A stretch of DNA of 53,465 bases from Pirellula sp. GTDB lineage: Bacteria; Planctomycetota; Planctomycetia; Pirellulales; Pirellulaceae. The position numbers and the translations under genes were made by a program. The notes beneath the pieces were generated by a model, which saw only the letters and a list, made by a program, of their open reading frames with translations, had not been told where the DNA came from and did no database searches. The stretch is taken from contig JBIJCS010000001.1 of NCBI GenBank assembly GCA_044344575.1, forward strand, positions 1 to 53,465. Direction: 5' to 3'. Below, one piece after another: positions 1 to 10,941 of this stretch (the stretch's first letter is position 1; the number at the start of each line of letters is the position of its first letter).

Positions 1-1
1 A

Positions 2-790
2 CGCGAGGAGCGATGGCAGTGGATAAAACGCAGAAAGCTATCCAAGGCTTACCGAGAGAGTGCGGCATTGCTGAGTGTTTCAGCGGGAACTGCGCAGGCT
101 GCGAGCGAGTTTTACAGGATTCCGATCTCGCAATTTCAAATCGTACCGAGCCCGCTGGATCTTGAGGGGATCGATCACAAGAAGACGGGACGGCTTCCGG
201 AAACGCCCGGGGTGATCGATGCGCTGCGTGATCCTGAGCTTAAGCACATCATTTCAGTAGGTCGGTTGAGCCAAGAAAAAGGGCATTCGGATTTGCTGGA
301 AGCGTTTCGGCAAGTGGTGGAAAGAAACGGAACGAGTTATAGATTGCACGTGGTAGGGGATGGCCCGTTGATGCAGAATTTGCAGGAGCAGGCTGTTCGT
401 GGTGGTGTCAAACAGTATGTTTTCTTTCACGGGCATCTGTCGAATCCTTATCCGTTGATGCATCGGGCCGATTTACATGTATTGCCGTCGCACTATGAGG
501 GACTTCCGAACGTGATGTTGGAGTCGATGGTCTTGCGCTGTCCAGTATTAGCGACGGATACAAAGCAAGGTGCAGGTGAGTATTTGAGAGAGCATCCCTT
601 TGGCACATTGGTTCCGGTACAAGATCCGAATTCGATGGCTTTGGCGATCGCGGATCGATTTAGCAATCCAGAACGATGGTTGAGTGTAGTGGCCGAAGCC
701 GAAGCCTATACACGGCGCTATCATGGGTTAGGGCATTGGATCGAAACGTTATCGCAACTCTTTGAGCGGGTAGCAAGGCGGAATGGATGA
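2..790 (+). CDS. Glycosyltransferase family 4 (GT-B), 5'-truncated by window edge
   Basis: Frame open from position 2; GT4 motifs VGRLSQEKG, VGDGP, LPSHYEGLPNVMLES. Stop overlaps polX start (ATGA). Confidence 0.85.
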   Translation, partial: REERWQWIKRRKLSKAYRESAALLSVSAGTAQAASEFYRIPISQFQIVPSPLDLEGIDHKKTGRLPETPGVIDALRDPELKHIISVGRLSQEKGHSDLLEAFRQVVERNGTSYRLHVVGDGPLMQNLQEQAVRGGVKQYVFFHGHLSNPYPLMHRADLHVLPSHYEGLPNVMLESMVLRCPVLATDTKQGAGEYLREHPFGTLVPVQDPNSMALAIADRFSNPERWLSVVAEAEAYTRRYHGLGHWIETLSQLFERVARRNG

Positions 791-2571
791 GTACAGAGGA
801 TGCTTCGCAACGGTTGCTTGTAACGAATTCTCAGTTAGCCGAGATATTTGAGGAGATGGCAGATTTGCTGGAGTTGTCCGGCGAGAATGCCTTTCGGGTT
901 CGCGCGTACCGTAGCGGTTCGGCAGCGATTGCAGGTTTAACCCAACCGGTTACGGAGTTATTAGGCAGTGGGTTTGATTTAACCAAGATTGATGGTATCG
1001 GGGAGACTTTGGCAGAGAAGTCCAAGGTCGTTGTGCAGACGGGGCGTTTGCCACAACTGGAAACTTTAAGGTTATCGGTCCCTCCGAGTCTTCGCGACGT
1101 CATGAAAGTCCCGGGTTTGGGGGCTAAGAAAGCGATGAAGTTATATCAGGAGCTAGGAGTCATCGATCTAAGTTCGTTGAAAGCGGCTTGCGTTTCTGGG
1201 AGTGTTGAAGGTCTCAAGGGATTTGGGAAGAAGACGCAAGAGAACATTTTGCAAAACTTGGAAATTGTCATGCAAGCAGCGATGCGATTGCGACTCGACC
1301 AAGCCGAGGAGTTGGTGGAGCGACTACGATTTCATTTTCAAGATTGTCCATCGCTGGAGAAGATCGAATTTGCGGGGAGTTTTCGTCGGCGCAAGGAAAC
1401 GGTCGGTGACTTGGATATTTTGGTGGTCAGCAGTGATCCTTCGGACGTGATGGATCGCTTTGCTTTGTTTCCTGGAATCCAGGGACAGATTGTCCGTGGG
1501 GACACCAAGATGAGTGTGCGACTTGCGAATGCATTTCAGGTGGATTTGCGAGTGGTCGAGGGGGGATGTTGGGGTGCGGCATTGCAATACTTTACGGGGA
1601 GTAAGGAGCATAATGTCCACATACGCTCGATCGCAAAGGCCAAAGGGTTGAAGATAAGTGAGTACGGCGTATTCCTCGAGAGCGATGATACAAGGGCTAT
1701 TGCGGGTGAAGATGAACAGAGTTTATACGCAGCGGTTGGTTTGCCATGGGTTCCGCCGTTGCTTCGAGAAAACCGATTTGAATTTCAGCCCGATTTTTCG
1801 CAGCGGCTTGCGGGTTTAGTACAAGTGGAAGACATTCGTGGAGATTTGCACATGCACACGACCTACACCGATGGTGAGGCAACGATCGAGCAGATGGTGC
1901 AATGCGCATTTGAGCGGGGGTTGCAATATATCGCGATCACGGATCATTCCAAACGAGTCAGTGTTGCCAGGGGGATGGATGACGATCAAGTTCTCAAGCA
2001 GTGGAAGGAGATTGATCGCATTGCGAAAGACTGGGAAGGGAAGATTGCGGTCTTTAAAGGGATTGAATGCGATATCCTGGAAGACGGCGCGATGGACTTA
2101 AAGGATTCCACGTTAGCCCAAGCGGATTGGGTGACAGCGAGTATTCATTTTGGACTCAAGCAGAGTAGGCAAGAGATCACGGATCGGATTCTTTATGCGA
2201 TTCGCCATCCGCATGTTCATTCGATTTCGCATCCCACGGGTAGGTTGCTTTCTCGAAGACAGGCTTACGAGGCGGATTGGACTGCGATCATGCAAGCATC
2301 CGTGGAGTACGGAAAATGTTTAGAGATCAATTCCAACCCAGAACGATTGGATTTGAGTGATCTCCTGGCAGCCGCGGCGGCGGAACACGGAGTAAGTTTG
2401 GTAATCAACACCGATGCACACGCAACGAGCCAGTTTGGGCTCATGCGTTACGGGGTTCAAGTGGCTCAGAGGGCGGGACTTACCAAAGAGAACATTCTGA
2501 ATACCAGAACGCTTGAAGCATTTAAGTGTTGGTTGTCGGATCGATCCCGATTTCCTGTTCGAGGCGGATGA
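787..2571 (+). CDS. polX: DNA polymerase X with C-terminal PHP domain
   Basis: N-terminal lyase-like domain (FRVRAY), HhH motifs (IDGIG, VPGLG, LKGFG), GSFRR, catalytic GDLDIL and VDLR, YFTGSK; PHP motifs DLHMHT, ITDHS, SHPTGR, NTDAH. Confidence 0.95.
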   Translation: MSTEDASQRLLVTNSQLAEIFEEMADLLELSGENAFRVRAYRSGSAAIAGLTQPVTELLGSGFDLTKIDGIGETLAEKSKVVVQTGRLPQLETLRLSVPPSLRDVMKVPGLGAKKAMKLYQELGVIDLSSLKAACVSGSVEGLKGFGKKTQENILQNLEIVMQAAMRLRLDQAEELVERLRFHFQDCPSLEKIEFAGSFRRRKETVGDLDILVVSSDPSDVMDRFALFPGIQGQIVRGDTKMSVRLANAFQVDLRVVEGGCWGAALQYFTGSKEHNVHIRSIAKAKGLKISEYGVFLESDDTRAIAGEDEQSLYAAVGLPWVPPLLRENRFEFQPDFSQRLAGLVQVEDIRGDLHMHTTYTDGEATIEQMVQCAFERGLQYIAITDHSKRVSVARGMDDDQVLKQWKEIDRIAKDWEGKIAVFKGIECDILEDGAMDLKDSTLAQADWVTASIHFGLKQSRQEITDRILYAIRHPHVHSISHPTGRLLSRRQAYEADWTAIMQASVEYGKCLEINSNPERLDLSDLLAAAAAEHGVSLVINTDAHATSQFGLMRYGVQVAQRAGLTKENILNTRTLEAFKCWLSDRSRFPVRGG

Positions 2572-3301
2572 CGCGAGCGGAGAGACGCTCTACCAGTTGT
2601 TTAAGCGTGTCGATTTCTTGCTGCATCGTAGTGATGGATGCGTTGGATGATAAATTCCTCGCGTTTGCCGGTGAAGGGTTTGGAGTGGAGGAATCAGAGT
2701 CCTCACTGTCGCTAAGAGAATCGAGCGTTGCACCGGATACTCCGCTTGCGACACTCTTTTGAAGCGATTCGAGCTCCCATTCGGGGTAGAGGTTATGAGA
2801 GAGAAGTTGACCGCGACCTGGGGGAGAGAGTTCGATGACAAGGTTTCGTCGGACGAGTTCGGAAACGAGCCGTTTCAGTTCGTCGATATCGTTGATCGGT
2901 TCGAGTCGTGAAGCGCGAGTACGAAGTTCACCGAGCGTCTGTTCGCCCCGGAGCAAAAGTTCCGTCATGATTGCCGCTTCGATTTTGCTAAGACCGAGCC
3001 AATTGTAGGCGTAATGGCGAACCTTGGTTGTCCGTCCGTTTCCTTGTACGATGGTCACTGCTCCTAGGCTACGGAGTTCATCGACAATGGATTCGACTTG
3101 TTCGACTGTGTAGTTGGTGATTGGAAGTCGATTACTTTTCTGATTGCATCCAGTGACTAATCCGGTGAAGGTCATCGGGTAGGCGTCAGGAGTCGTCTTG
3201 GATTTCTCCATGAGTGTACCGAGGACTCGGCGTTGTTTAGAAGTCAGGGGTTTCCATTGCGGTTCAGCGGTCGCTAGGGGGTTCGAAGCGGTTTCGCTCA
3301 T
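2522..3301 (-). CDS. DUF480 (YceH-like) winged-helix protein
   Basis: RVLGTLMEKSKTTPDAYPMT, CNQKSNR and LLLRGEQTLGELRTRASR motifs; ATG at 3301 preferred to the upstream alternative start at 3364. Confidence 0.85.
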   Translation of the reverse strand: MSETASNPLATAEPQWKPLTSKQRRVLGTLMEKSKTTPDAYPMTFTGLVTGCNQKSNRLPITNYTVEQVESIVDELRSLGAVTIVQGNGRTTKVRHYAYNWLGLSKIEAAIMTELLLRGEQTLGELRTRASRLEPINDIDELKRLVSELVRRNLVIELSPPGRGQLLSHNLYPEWELESLQKSVASGVSGATLDSLSDSEDSDSSTPNPSPANARNLSSNASITTMQQEIDTLKQLVERLSARVIRLEQEIGIDPTTNT

Positions 3302-3370
3302 AGGAGATCTGATTCCGGGTTTTGGAAGAGAATTTTGATGGGCTGTAAAGTTGCGGCATTGCAACTTGCA

Positions 3371-4741
3371 TCAATCTATCGCAGGAGGGGGGCCTTTTAG
3401 AAGTCCCCCTCGGGTCCAATCGCAGCTCCATCCAGGAAAGGCGAATGAAGGAAATGGATCAGGAGCGATCCAGTCTTTGGATTCGTACACGAGATCGAAT
3501 TGACGATCCGAGCGTATTTTGCCTAGTCGGAAGCGTTTGTAGAGATGATGTGTTTTCGGATCTACTTTGACTTTTCCGCTGGGTGCGTCGAATTCGATAC
3601 CTTTTTCAAGTTCCTGTCGAATTTTGTCGGGTTCGGATGATTTAGCGCGGCGGTAGGCTTCTTTCCAGAGGTGAACTTGTAGGTATGCGGCTTCCATTGG
3701 ATCGTCGGTGACTCTGTCGTATCCGTATGCTTTTTTGACTTTGGAGACAAATTGGCGATTTGCTGGAGAGTCGATGGACTGAAAGTAGCTCCAGGCCGCA
3801 TAGTGTCCTTGAACAACGTCGGGTGGTAGTCTTCTGAGTTCGTCTTCTCCTACACTCGTCGAGAGGATTGGCAGGGTGTTGGGATCAGGGAAGATTGTTT
3901 TGAATGCATTGAAGAAGTGGATATTGCTATCCCCGTTGATCGTATTGAGGATCAGGTCGGGAGAGGCATTTTGAATCGCCTCGAGAGTGGCCTTAAAATC
4001 TCTATGTCCGAGGGGAACATAGGCTTCGCCAACCGCTTCGAGCCCTTTGAGCTGAAGGTATTTCTTTACGATGTAGTTTGCTGTTTTTGGGTAGAGGTAG
4101 TCGCTCCCCAGGAGAAATATCCGTTTTTTATTGCCTCCTTGTTCATCGAGAAAATAGTCGATTGCTGGAAGGATTTGTTGATTGGGGGTACTTCCGAAGT
4201 AGAAGACATTTCGGTGTGATTCAGCACCTTCGTATTGAAGGGGGTAGAAGAGAAGAGGTTGTTGGCTGGATGCGTAGTTGCCGAGGACATAGATCGAAGT
4301 CGGGTTCTGGATTTCGTCGATGACAGCTTTGCGATCGGAGCTGGTCCAGCAGCCGAAGATCACATCGACATTTTCCCGATCGATCAAATCGCGTGTGCGG
4401 CGACGAAAAATATCTTGGCGTGATCGACCGTCTTTAACGATGGCTTCGAATTCGACATCTGGAAAGTCTCCGCTGGCGTTGATTTCTTCGATTGCCAAAA
4501 TTTCAGCGTGCCGCAGGGACATCTCGCTCATTCCCATTGTGCCGGTTTGGGAGTGAAGAATTCCCAGCTTAATTTTTTGAGGTTCCTTGCGCGGGGCGAG
4601 CCAATCGAGAAATTTCTTTTCCTGAGAGTCACAACCGACAGTGCAGGTTAAGCAGCAGCTGATCAAGCAGGCCAAAAGCCAAAGGGATGATTCACTTGTT
4701 GGAACCGAATAAGGGCGGGCGTATTTCAAGGTAGCAGGCAT
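3371..4741 (-). CDS. UrtA/AmiC-type (urea/amide) periplasmic substrate-binding protein, probable lipoprotein
   Basis: GILHSQTGTMGMSE, FGCWTSSDRKAV, LFYPLQYEG, PNQQILPA, GSDYLYP, NTINGDSN, DPMEAAY motifs; hydrophobic N-terminus ending in TVGC (lipobox-like). Confidence 0.85.
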   Translation of the reverse strand: MPATLKYARPYSVPTSESSLWLLACLISCCLTCTVGCDSQEKKFLDWLAPRKEPQKIKLGILHSQTGTMGMSEMSLRHAEILAIEEINASGDFPDVEFEAIVKDGRSRQDIFRRRTRDLIDRENVDVIFGCWTSSDRKAVIDEIQNPTSIYVLGNYASSQQPLLFYPLQYEGAESHRNVFYFGSTPNQQILPAIDYFLDEQGGNKKRIFLLGSDYLYPKTANYIVKKYLQLKGLEAVGEAYVPLGHRDFKATLEAIQNASPDLILNTINGDSNIHFFNAFKTIFPDPNTLPILSTSVGEDELRRLPPDVVQGHYAAWSYFQSIDSPANRQFVSKVKKAYGYDRVTDDPMEAAYLQVHLWKEAYRRAKSSEPDKIRQELEKGIEFDAPSGKVKVDPKTHHLYKRFRLGKIRSDRQFDLVYESKDWIAPDPFPSFAFPGWSCDWTRGGLLKGPPPAID

Positions 4742-4751
4742 CGTTGGTGTC

Positions 4752-5537
4752 CTACTCTTCCATCAAATGGGTAAGGATGTCTTCAAAGGGTTGTGATGAA
4801 ATGCTCAATTCACCGCGAAAAGGGTTGTCGAGCGACGCGATCAGAAAGATCATCAATCCCATAAATGCAGCGAGGAAGCCACCGAGATATAGGTGGTTGA
4901 GGATTTTCATATCGAACATCCAAACGAGGGCGATATTCATCAGAGCACCGATCAAGACGACGGTCCACATGACCATTGGGATCGAGGTTGTTACCGAAAA
5001 CAATCTCAGCCGTCGGGCTTCGAGATAATTATTGAACTGTCTTAGAGCTTCTGCATGAAGGATTTGTTGCCCAGGGGTCTTGGGTTCAAAATCGATTAGC
5101 TGCTCATGAAAAGCCACCATGCGGATGTTTCCCTCTTCGGGGATTTGTCCTTTCTTTTGGGTGGGCCAAGCGTATTTCACGACGTAGCGAGTGTAGTCTC
5201 TGAGAGTCCAGATCAGGTTGGTTCTCTCTGGTTCGGGGTAGGCAGAGACGTCGCGAACCAAAGCCGAAAGCGTGGAGGCTTCTTTCGAGACGATAGTTTC
5301 TACAGAACTGAAGTTTTGGTAGGCAGCCACAGCGAGTAGTCCAATTAGCAAGCCATAAAAGACACCGAAGCAGGAGAGCATATAGCCGATCAAATCATTG
5401 ATATCGGATCGCTTTGTTAAAAAGGTGCGGAGAATCGGACGCACAAGGAAGGTGCCGAGCCAGCTGAAGAGGACGAAAGCTCCCGTGACGAGCACCGCGA
5501 GGGATGCGCTCGGGATATCGTAGATCCAATAGAACAT
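4752..5537 (-). CDS. DUF4239 family membrane protein
   Basis: About four hydrophobic segments; GVFYGLLIGLLAVAAY, EASTL, ARRLRL and LDNPFRG motifs. ATG at 5537 (MFYWIY). Confidence 0.75.
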   Translation of the reverse strand: MFYWIYDIPSASLAVLVTGAFVLFSWLGTFLVRPILRTFLTKRSDINDLIGYMLSCFGVFYGLLIGLLAVAAYQNFSSVETIVSKEASTLSALVRDVSAYPEPERTNLIWTLRDYTRYVVKYAWPTQKKGQIPEEGNIRMVAFHEQLIDFEPKTPGQQILHAEALRQFNNYLEARRLRLFSVTTSIPMVMWTVVLIGALMNIALVWMFDMKILNHLYLGGFLAAFMGLMIFLIASLDNPFRGELSISSQPFEDILTHLMEE

Positions 5538-5685
5538 GTTGAGGGGTCCAAGCAGTCGAGAGCGAAAGATGGAGGGATTATGATTCGCAGCCCCGTTAAA
5601 TTCCAGTCGCGCGCCGGGCAACTTGGGGGGCTTCTGCGGTCTTTCTTGGCAATCTGGCGAGAAAATGGTTGGCCGTGCGTTCGGT

Positions 5686-6468
5686 TTAGGTACTTTCGCT
5701 CCATCCGAGAAGGCTACGTATATTCGGGAGGAATTGACTTAGAGTTTGTAGCGGTTTACCGAGTGCGAAGAGGAAGCTGGTGATTCCGGTGAACCCCCTG
5801 AGGGCAAAGGCATACGTGATGCCGAACACGACGATATTCATGGGGAAGATGAAGCACCAGATCAATCGACGGTCGAGTTGTAGATGTATGGGATTGGTGT
5901 GCCGCAGTTCGACATAGACTGAAAGGAGATGATAGGCTAGACCTGCCCCGAGGACGAGGCAGCGGATGAACGCAGGGAGGATCAGTGCGCTTGCAAGCCA
6001 CAGGAGCATCGGTGCGCTGGGTAGAAAAAACGGAGCACAGAGGGCCAGCCAGTTTTCACCGGCGATCGCTAGGTCGTCTCCCGCATTCTTGGGCTCGGAG
6101 TTATGTTTTGATTCTGATGGTGCAATTTGGTCTTTACGAAGTGGGCGATTGCCCAATATCCAACTTTGAAGCCAGCGGAACGCTTGGCCTGTGCCTTGAA
6201 GGAGAATGAAGTTAACGATCAAGCGGGACAATTGACGTTCCCGAGCGATCCATTTCAAGAGCCACTCGTGTGAGGGGCGTTGGGAGCGAAAAAGGACATA
6301 AACCAGGGCAAAACCAAGCCAAAACATGGTCGCGTACACGGGGTAGTCGACCGTTCTGCGTAGCCATTGCAATGTTTCCGCAATAAACACGGGAGTCAGC
6401 ACGAGCGTCAAAGTCGCGATTGGCCATTGCAGGCGTCGGACAATTTCGTTCATTCGCTGGGCAAACAC
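5686..6468 (-). CDS. Hypothetical integral membrane protein, possibly a degenerate peptidase M50-like protein
   Basis: 260-aa ORF with several TM segments; NWLALCAPFFLP and LAYHL motifs recall M50-like membrane proteins, but there is no HExxH. Start may be 6453. Confidence 0.6.
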   Translation of the reverse strand: MFAQRMNEIVRRLQWPIATLTLVLTPVFIAETLQWLRRTVDYPVYATMFWLGFALVYVLFRSQRPSHEWLLKWIARERQLSRLIVNFILLQGTGQAFRWLQSWILGNRPLRKDQIAPSESKHNSEPKNAGDDLAIAGENWLALCAPFFLPSAPMLLWLASALILPAFIRCLVLGAGLAYHLLSVYVELRHTNPIHLQLDRRLIWCFIFPMNIVVFGITYAFALRGFTGITSFLFALGKPLQTLSQFLPNIRSLLGWSEST

Positions 6469-6619
6469 AAGGAAACTCCCTGGTAGAAACCGATCGGACC
6501 TTGGAATTTACCCCCCTAAGGGTAAGCTTTAGCAAAGTAAAAATGGCGGTGCGGTGAAGTCGCTCCGTTAGATGGTAAGGTACCTGAATCCTTCTTGAAA
6601 ACAAGAACAGAGCCAAGCG

Positions 6620-8014
6620 ATGAGTGGAAGCGAGTACGATCTGGTGGTTCTCGGTGGTGGTCCTGGAGGTTATGTGGCAGCGATTCGCGCTGCGCAACTA
6701 GGACTCACGGTGGCTTGCGTGGATGAGAATGACAAGTTTGGTGGGACATGTTTGCGGGTCGGGTGCATACCGAGCAAGGCACTCCTTGAGTCGAGTCACT
6801 TGTATCATGACACCAAGTCATCGCTGGGGGTGCATGGGATCCAGGTGGGCCAGGTTCAGTTGGATCTCGCTGCGATGATGAAGCGAAAAGACCAGATTGT
6901 TCAGACGCTAACAGGTGGGATCGACTTACTTTTTAAGAAAAACAAGGTCACTGGGTACCGAGGTCGTGGGGTGATCACCAGTCCCACGAGTGTTGATGTG
7001 ACGTTGGACGGCAAAGTGACGACGCTTCGTGGAAAGCGGATATTGATTGCGACGGGGTCGAAGCCTGCTTCGATGCGCGGGGTGGAGGAAGATGGTGTTC
7101 GCATCGGTAATTCGACGACTGCTTTGTCGTTTGACAAGGTTCCGGAGCGATTGACGGTGATAGGAGGTGGGTACATTGGACTGGAATTGGGTAGCGTCTG
7201 GAACCGGCTAGGTAGCAAGGTGATTGTGCTGGAGGCAATGGATCGAATCCTTCCTGGGATGGATCAAGAGTTAAGCCAGTTAGCACAACGAGTATTTACT
7301 CGCCAGGGAATCGAGTTCAGGCTTCAGTCATGGGTGGAGTCGGCAAGGGTCCAGGGGGATAAGTGTATTGTGAAGTGCAAGGAACAGGAACCGATTGAAT
7401 GCGATCGTGTATTGCTTGCGGCAGGGCGCGTTCCTTTGAGCCAGGGGATTGGTTTAGAGAACTTGGGTATCGAGGTGGACAAGCGAGGGTTTGTACCGGT
7501 AGACAGCAACTACCAAACGAAGGTGCCTGGAGTCTATGCGGTAGGTGACATCATTGGTGGTGCGATGCTTGCACATAAGGCGATGGAGGAGGGGATCATT
7601 GTCGTCGAGCGATTTAGCGGAATCCATTCGCATTTCAACTACGACTGCATTCCTGCGATCGTCTATACGCATCCGGAAATAGCAACGGTTGGTAAAACAG
7701 AAGAGCAATTGAAGGAAGCTGGGGTTGCTTACAAGAAGGGGGTTGGGGCTTACGGTGCCAATGGCCGTGCCCGCACGCTCGGAGAGGCTGAAGGCCGGGT
7801 TAAAATACTTGCGGATGCGAGGACCGACCGTGTCTTGGGAGTCCATATTCTTGGGGCTAGGGCTGGGGATTTGATCGCAGAAGCGTCCGTAGCGATGGAG
7901 TTCGGAGCGAGTAGTGAAGACATTGCAAGGAGTTGTCACGCGCACCCGACCCTTTCAGAGACTCTTCACGAAGCGGCATTGGCCGTCGATCAGCGAGCCA
8001 TTCATTCCGCGTAG
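6620..8014 (+). CDS. lpdA: Dihydrolipoamide dehydrogenase (E3)
   Basis: GGGPGGY FAD motif, redox-active GGTCLRVGCIPSK, GGGYIGLE, C-terminal HAHPTLSE. Confidence 0.97.
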   Translation: MSGSEYDLVVLGGGPGGYVAAIRAAQLGLTVACVDENDKFGGTCLRVGCIPSKALLESSHLYHDTKSSLGVHGIQVGQVQLDLAAMMKRKDQIVQTLTGGIDLLFKKNKVTGYRGRGVITSPTSVDVTLDGKVTTLRGKRILIATGSKPASMRGVEEDGVRIGNSTTALSFDKVPERLTVIGGGYIGLELGSVWNRLGSKVIVLEAMDRILPGMDQELSQLAQRVFTRQGIEFRLQSWVESARVQGDKCIVKCKEQEPIECDRVLLAAGRVPLSQGIGLENLGIEVDKRGFVPVDSNYQTKVPGVYAVGDIIGGAMLAHKAMEEGIIVVERFSGIHSHFNYDCIPAIVYTHPEIATVGKTEEQLKEAGVAYKKGVGAYGANGRARTLGEAEGRVKILADARTDRVLGVHILGARAGDLIAEASVAMEFGASSEDIARSCHAHPTLSETLHEAALAVDQRAIHSA

Positions 8015-8086
8015 CTGCCATGGTGGTGGTTAAGCAATCCAACCCGTCGATTTTTTTGTCCTACGATTCCTCGAAGTACTCAATCA

Positions 8087-10840
8087 ATGCCTCGTTACAA
8101 TCCTGCAGTCATCGAACCAAAATGGCAAAAGTACTGGGAGCAAAACAAGACGTTTCGATCCCCTGATTTGCCTGATCCGAAGGGTAAGGGCAAGCTGTAT
8201 GTTTTGGACATGTTTCCGTATCCGAGCGGTGCGGGATTGCATGTCGGTCACCCGGAGGGTTACACCGCTACGGACATCTATTGCCGTTACTGGAGGATGC
8301 AGGGAAAGTCGGTTTTGCATCCGATGGGATACGATGCTTTTGGATTGCCGGCGGAGGAGTATGCGATTCGCACGAACACGCCACCGCGTGAAAGTACCGA
8401 GGCGAATATTGCCAACTTCACACGCCAGTTAAAGATGCTGGGATTTTCTTATGACTGGGATCGGTCTCTAGCAACGACCGACGTGGAGTATTTCCGTTGG
8501 ACACAGTGGATCTTTTTGGTGTTGTTCGATACTTGGTATGATCCGTTGCAAGGAAAGGGGCGAGCCATTTCCGAGTTGCCCATTCCTGCTGAGATCGCTC
8601 AGCAGGGGGAATTGGCTGTAGAGAAATACCGCGATCGACATCGGCTGGCTTACCAAGACGATGCGTTGGTGAATTGGTGTCCTGCATTAGGTACAGTCTT
8701 GGCTAATGAAGAGGTCATCGACGGGAAGAGTGAACGAGGAGACCATCCGGTACAGCGTATTCCTTTGCGACAGTGGATGCTCCGCATCACCGCGTATGCG
8801 GATCGTTTACTGTCGGATCTTGATACGCTGGATTGGTCTCCGGGGATCAAGAAGTTACAAGCGGATTGGATCGGACGCAGCGTGGGTGCGGAGGTTGATT
8901 TCGCCATTGTGCCACAAGGGGATTGGGAGCAATGGCTGGAGACTCGTAGTCGGTGCGGTTTTCCAGCCGGGCCTGATTCCCAAACTTTGCGTGTATACAC
9001 GACGCGACCTGACACGCTCTATGGTGCGACCTACATGGTGGTTGCTCCCGAGCATCCTTGTGTTCGACAGATCACTAGTTCGGAACAAGCCGCGGCGGTG
9101 AACGATTACGTGCAGTCCGCTTCGTTCAAGAGTGATCGAGATCGCACGGAGGGGGACAAAAAGAAGACCGGGGTGTTCACCGGGGCGTACGCCATCAACC
9201 CCATAACGCAGCGACCGATCCCGATTTGGATCGCTGACTATGTGCTAGCGAGTTATGGTACTGGCGCGATCATGGCGGTTCCCGCTCACGATACTCGAGA
9301 TTATGAGTTTGCAAAAACCTATGGTCTGGAGATTATCCAAGTCGTTGAGCCGAAGGATGCGACGCCGGAGGATCTTCGAGCGATTCGCGATGGGGAAATT
9401 TGTTTTGCGGATGAGGGAATAGCGATCCAGAGTGGTGATTTTTCAGGACTGTCGACGCAAGAAGCGAAGCAGCGGATGACAGCGTGGTTGAGTCAGCGGG
9501 GGGTTGGCCGACAAGCAGTGAATTACAAGTTGCGGGATTGGCTTTTTAGTCGACAGCGGTTTTGGGGGGAGCCTTTCCCGATCCTTCATGAGGTGGATGC
9601 TGACGGTAAACCCAATGGGCGAATACGGGCCGTTCCTGTGGAGAATCTGCCCGTGGACTTGCCTCACTTAGAGGATTTCAAGCCTCATGGAAGGCCGGAG
9701 CCTCCTTTAGCCAAGGCGGATGATTCTTGGCTTTATGTCGAGCTTGATGGGAAGCGGTATCGTCGAGAAACCAATACCATGCCTCAGTGGGCTGGGTCGT
9801 GTTGGTATTACTTGCGGTTTATATCGCCTGGATGCCACAGCGCGATGGTGGATCGGGAGCAAGAAGCTGCGTGGATGCCGGTCGATTTGTATATTGGGGG
9901 GGCGGAACACGCTGTATTGCACCTTTTGTATTCTCGGTTTTGGCACAAGGTGCTCTATGACCGTGGTTATGTCACGCACAAAGAGCCGTTCCAGCGACTG
10001 GTCAACCAAGGGATGATTCTGTCCTATGCTTATAAAGACAAGCGTGGGGCGCTGATCTCCGGAGACTCGATCCAGGAGGACGAGCAAGGAGTCGCGACGC
10101 ATAAGGAGACTGGTGAGGTCTTAGAGCGAATCGTCGCGAAGATGTCGAAGAGCTTAAAGAATGTCATTGATCCAGAGGGAGTGGTCAGAGAGTACGGTGC
10201 CGATGCGCTTCGGCTTTATGAAATGTTTATGGGGCCGTTGGAGGCAACGAAACCGTGGAGCATGCAAGGGGTCAATGGGGTCAGGAACTTCCTCGATCGA
10301 GTTTGGCGATTGATGGTCGACACACGCGCAGAGGAAAATCAACTGCTAGAAGGTGTGCAGGATATTGCACCGACAGCAGAGCAGGAGAAAATGATCCATG
10401 CGACGATTGCCGCCGTAACCCGTGACGTCGAGCAGTTGTCGTTTAATACGGCGATCGCTCGAATGATGGAATTCGTCAACTTTTTCACCAAAGAAGAAGT
10501 TCGTCCGAGACAAGCCATGGAGACCTTGACGCTCTTGTTGGCACCATTTGCTCCGCATCTTTGTGAGGAGTTATGGGCCGTGTTAGGACATTCTAACACG
10601 TTGACTTACGAGCCGTGGCCGGTGTTTGACCCACAAAAGCTAAAGGCGGCAGCGGTGGAAATTCCGTTGCAAATCAATGGCAAGTTGAGGGCGAAGATGA
10701 CGGTTCCAGCGGATTGCAGTCCAGAGGAACTTGAGCAAGCCGCTCGTTCGCACGATCGCCTCGCCGAATTACTTGAAGGCAAGCAAATTGTCAAAGCGGT
10801 TGTGGTTCCAGGTCGAATGGTGAATTTTGTGGTGAAGTAG
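8087..10840 (+). CDS. leuS: Leucine--tRNA ligase
   Basis: [14 protein letters not shown] (HIGH), YTTRPDT and [12 protein letters not shown] editing-domain motifs, KMSKS. Confidence 0.98.
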   Translation: MPRYNPAVIEPKWQKYWEQNKTFRSPDLPDPKGKGKLYVLDMFPYPSGAGLHVGHPEGYTATDIYCRYWRMQGKSVLHPMGYDAFGLPAEEYAIRTNTPPRESTEANIANFTRQLKMLGFSYDWDRSLATTDVEYFRWTQWIFLVLFDTWYDPLQGKGRAISELPIPAEIAQQGELAVEKYRDRHRLAYQDDALVNWCPALGTVLANEEVIDGKSERGDHPVQRIPLRQWMLRITAYADRLLSDLDTLDWSPGIKKLQADWIGRSVGAEVDFAIVPQGDWEQWLETRSRCGFPAGPDSQTLRVYTTRPDTLYGATYMVVAPEHPCVRQITSSEQAAAVNDYVQSASFKSDRDRTEGDKKKTGVFTGAYAINPITQRPIPIWIADYVLASYGTGAIMAVPAHDTRDYEFAKTYGLEIIQVVEPKDATPEDLRAIRDGEICFADEGIAIQSGDFSGLSTQEAKQRMTAWLSQRGVGRQAVNYKLRDWLFSRQRFWGEPFPILHEVDADGKPNGRIRAVPVENLPVDLPHLEDFKPHGRPEPPLAKADDSWLYVELDGKRYRRETNTMPQWAGSCWYYLRFISPGCHSAMVDREQEAAWMPVDLYIGGAEHAVLHLLYSRFWHKVLYDRGYVTHKEPFQRLVNQGMILSYAYKDKRGALISGDSIQEDEQGVATHKETGEVLERIVAKMSKSLKNVIDPEGVVREYGADALRLYEMFMGPLEATKPWSMQGVNGVRNFLDRVWRLMVDTRAEENQLLEGVQDIAPTAEQEKMIHATIAAVTRDVEQLSFNTAIARMMEFVNFFTKEEVRPRQAMETLTLLLAPFAPHLCEELWAVLGHSNTLTYEPWPVFDPQKLKAAAVEIPLQINGKLRAKMTVPADCSPEELEQAARSHDRLAELLEGKQIVKAVVVPGRMVNFVVK

Positions 10841-10941
10841 TCTCAGGAATGAATCTCAGGGAGTAAGATCGCCGGTTCTTACAGAGAGTTGTCATCATCA
10901 GAACTTTTATAGATCAGAACTTCCTTTCGGCAGGGAGTCGA

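Noticed and set aside
2522-2571. 50-bp convergent overlap of polX and the DUF480 gene
   Set aside because: Short tail-to-tail overlaps are common; both catalytic or core domains look intact.
787-2571. PolX as a catalytically altered variant
   Set aside because: The DxD plus third Asp and the PHP metal ligands all appear canonical.
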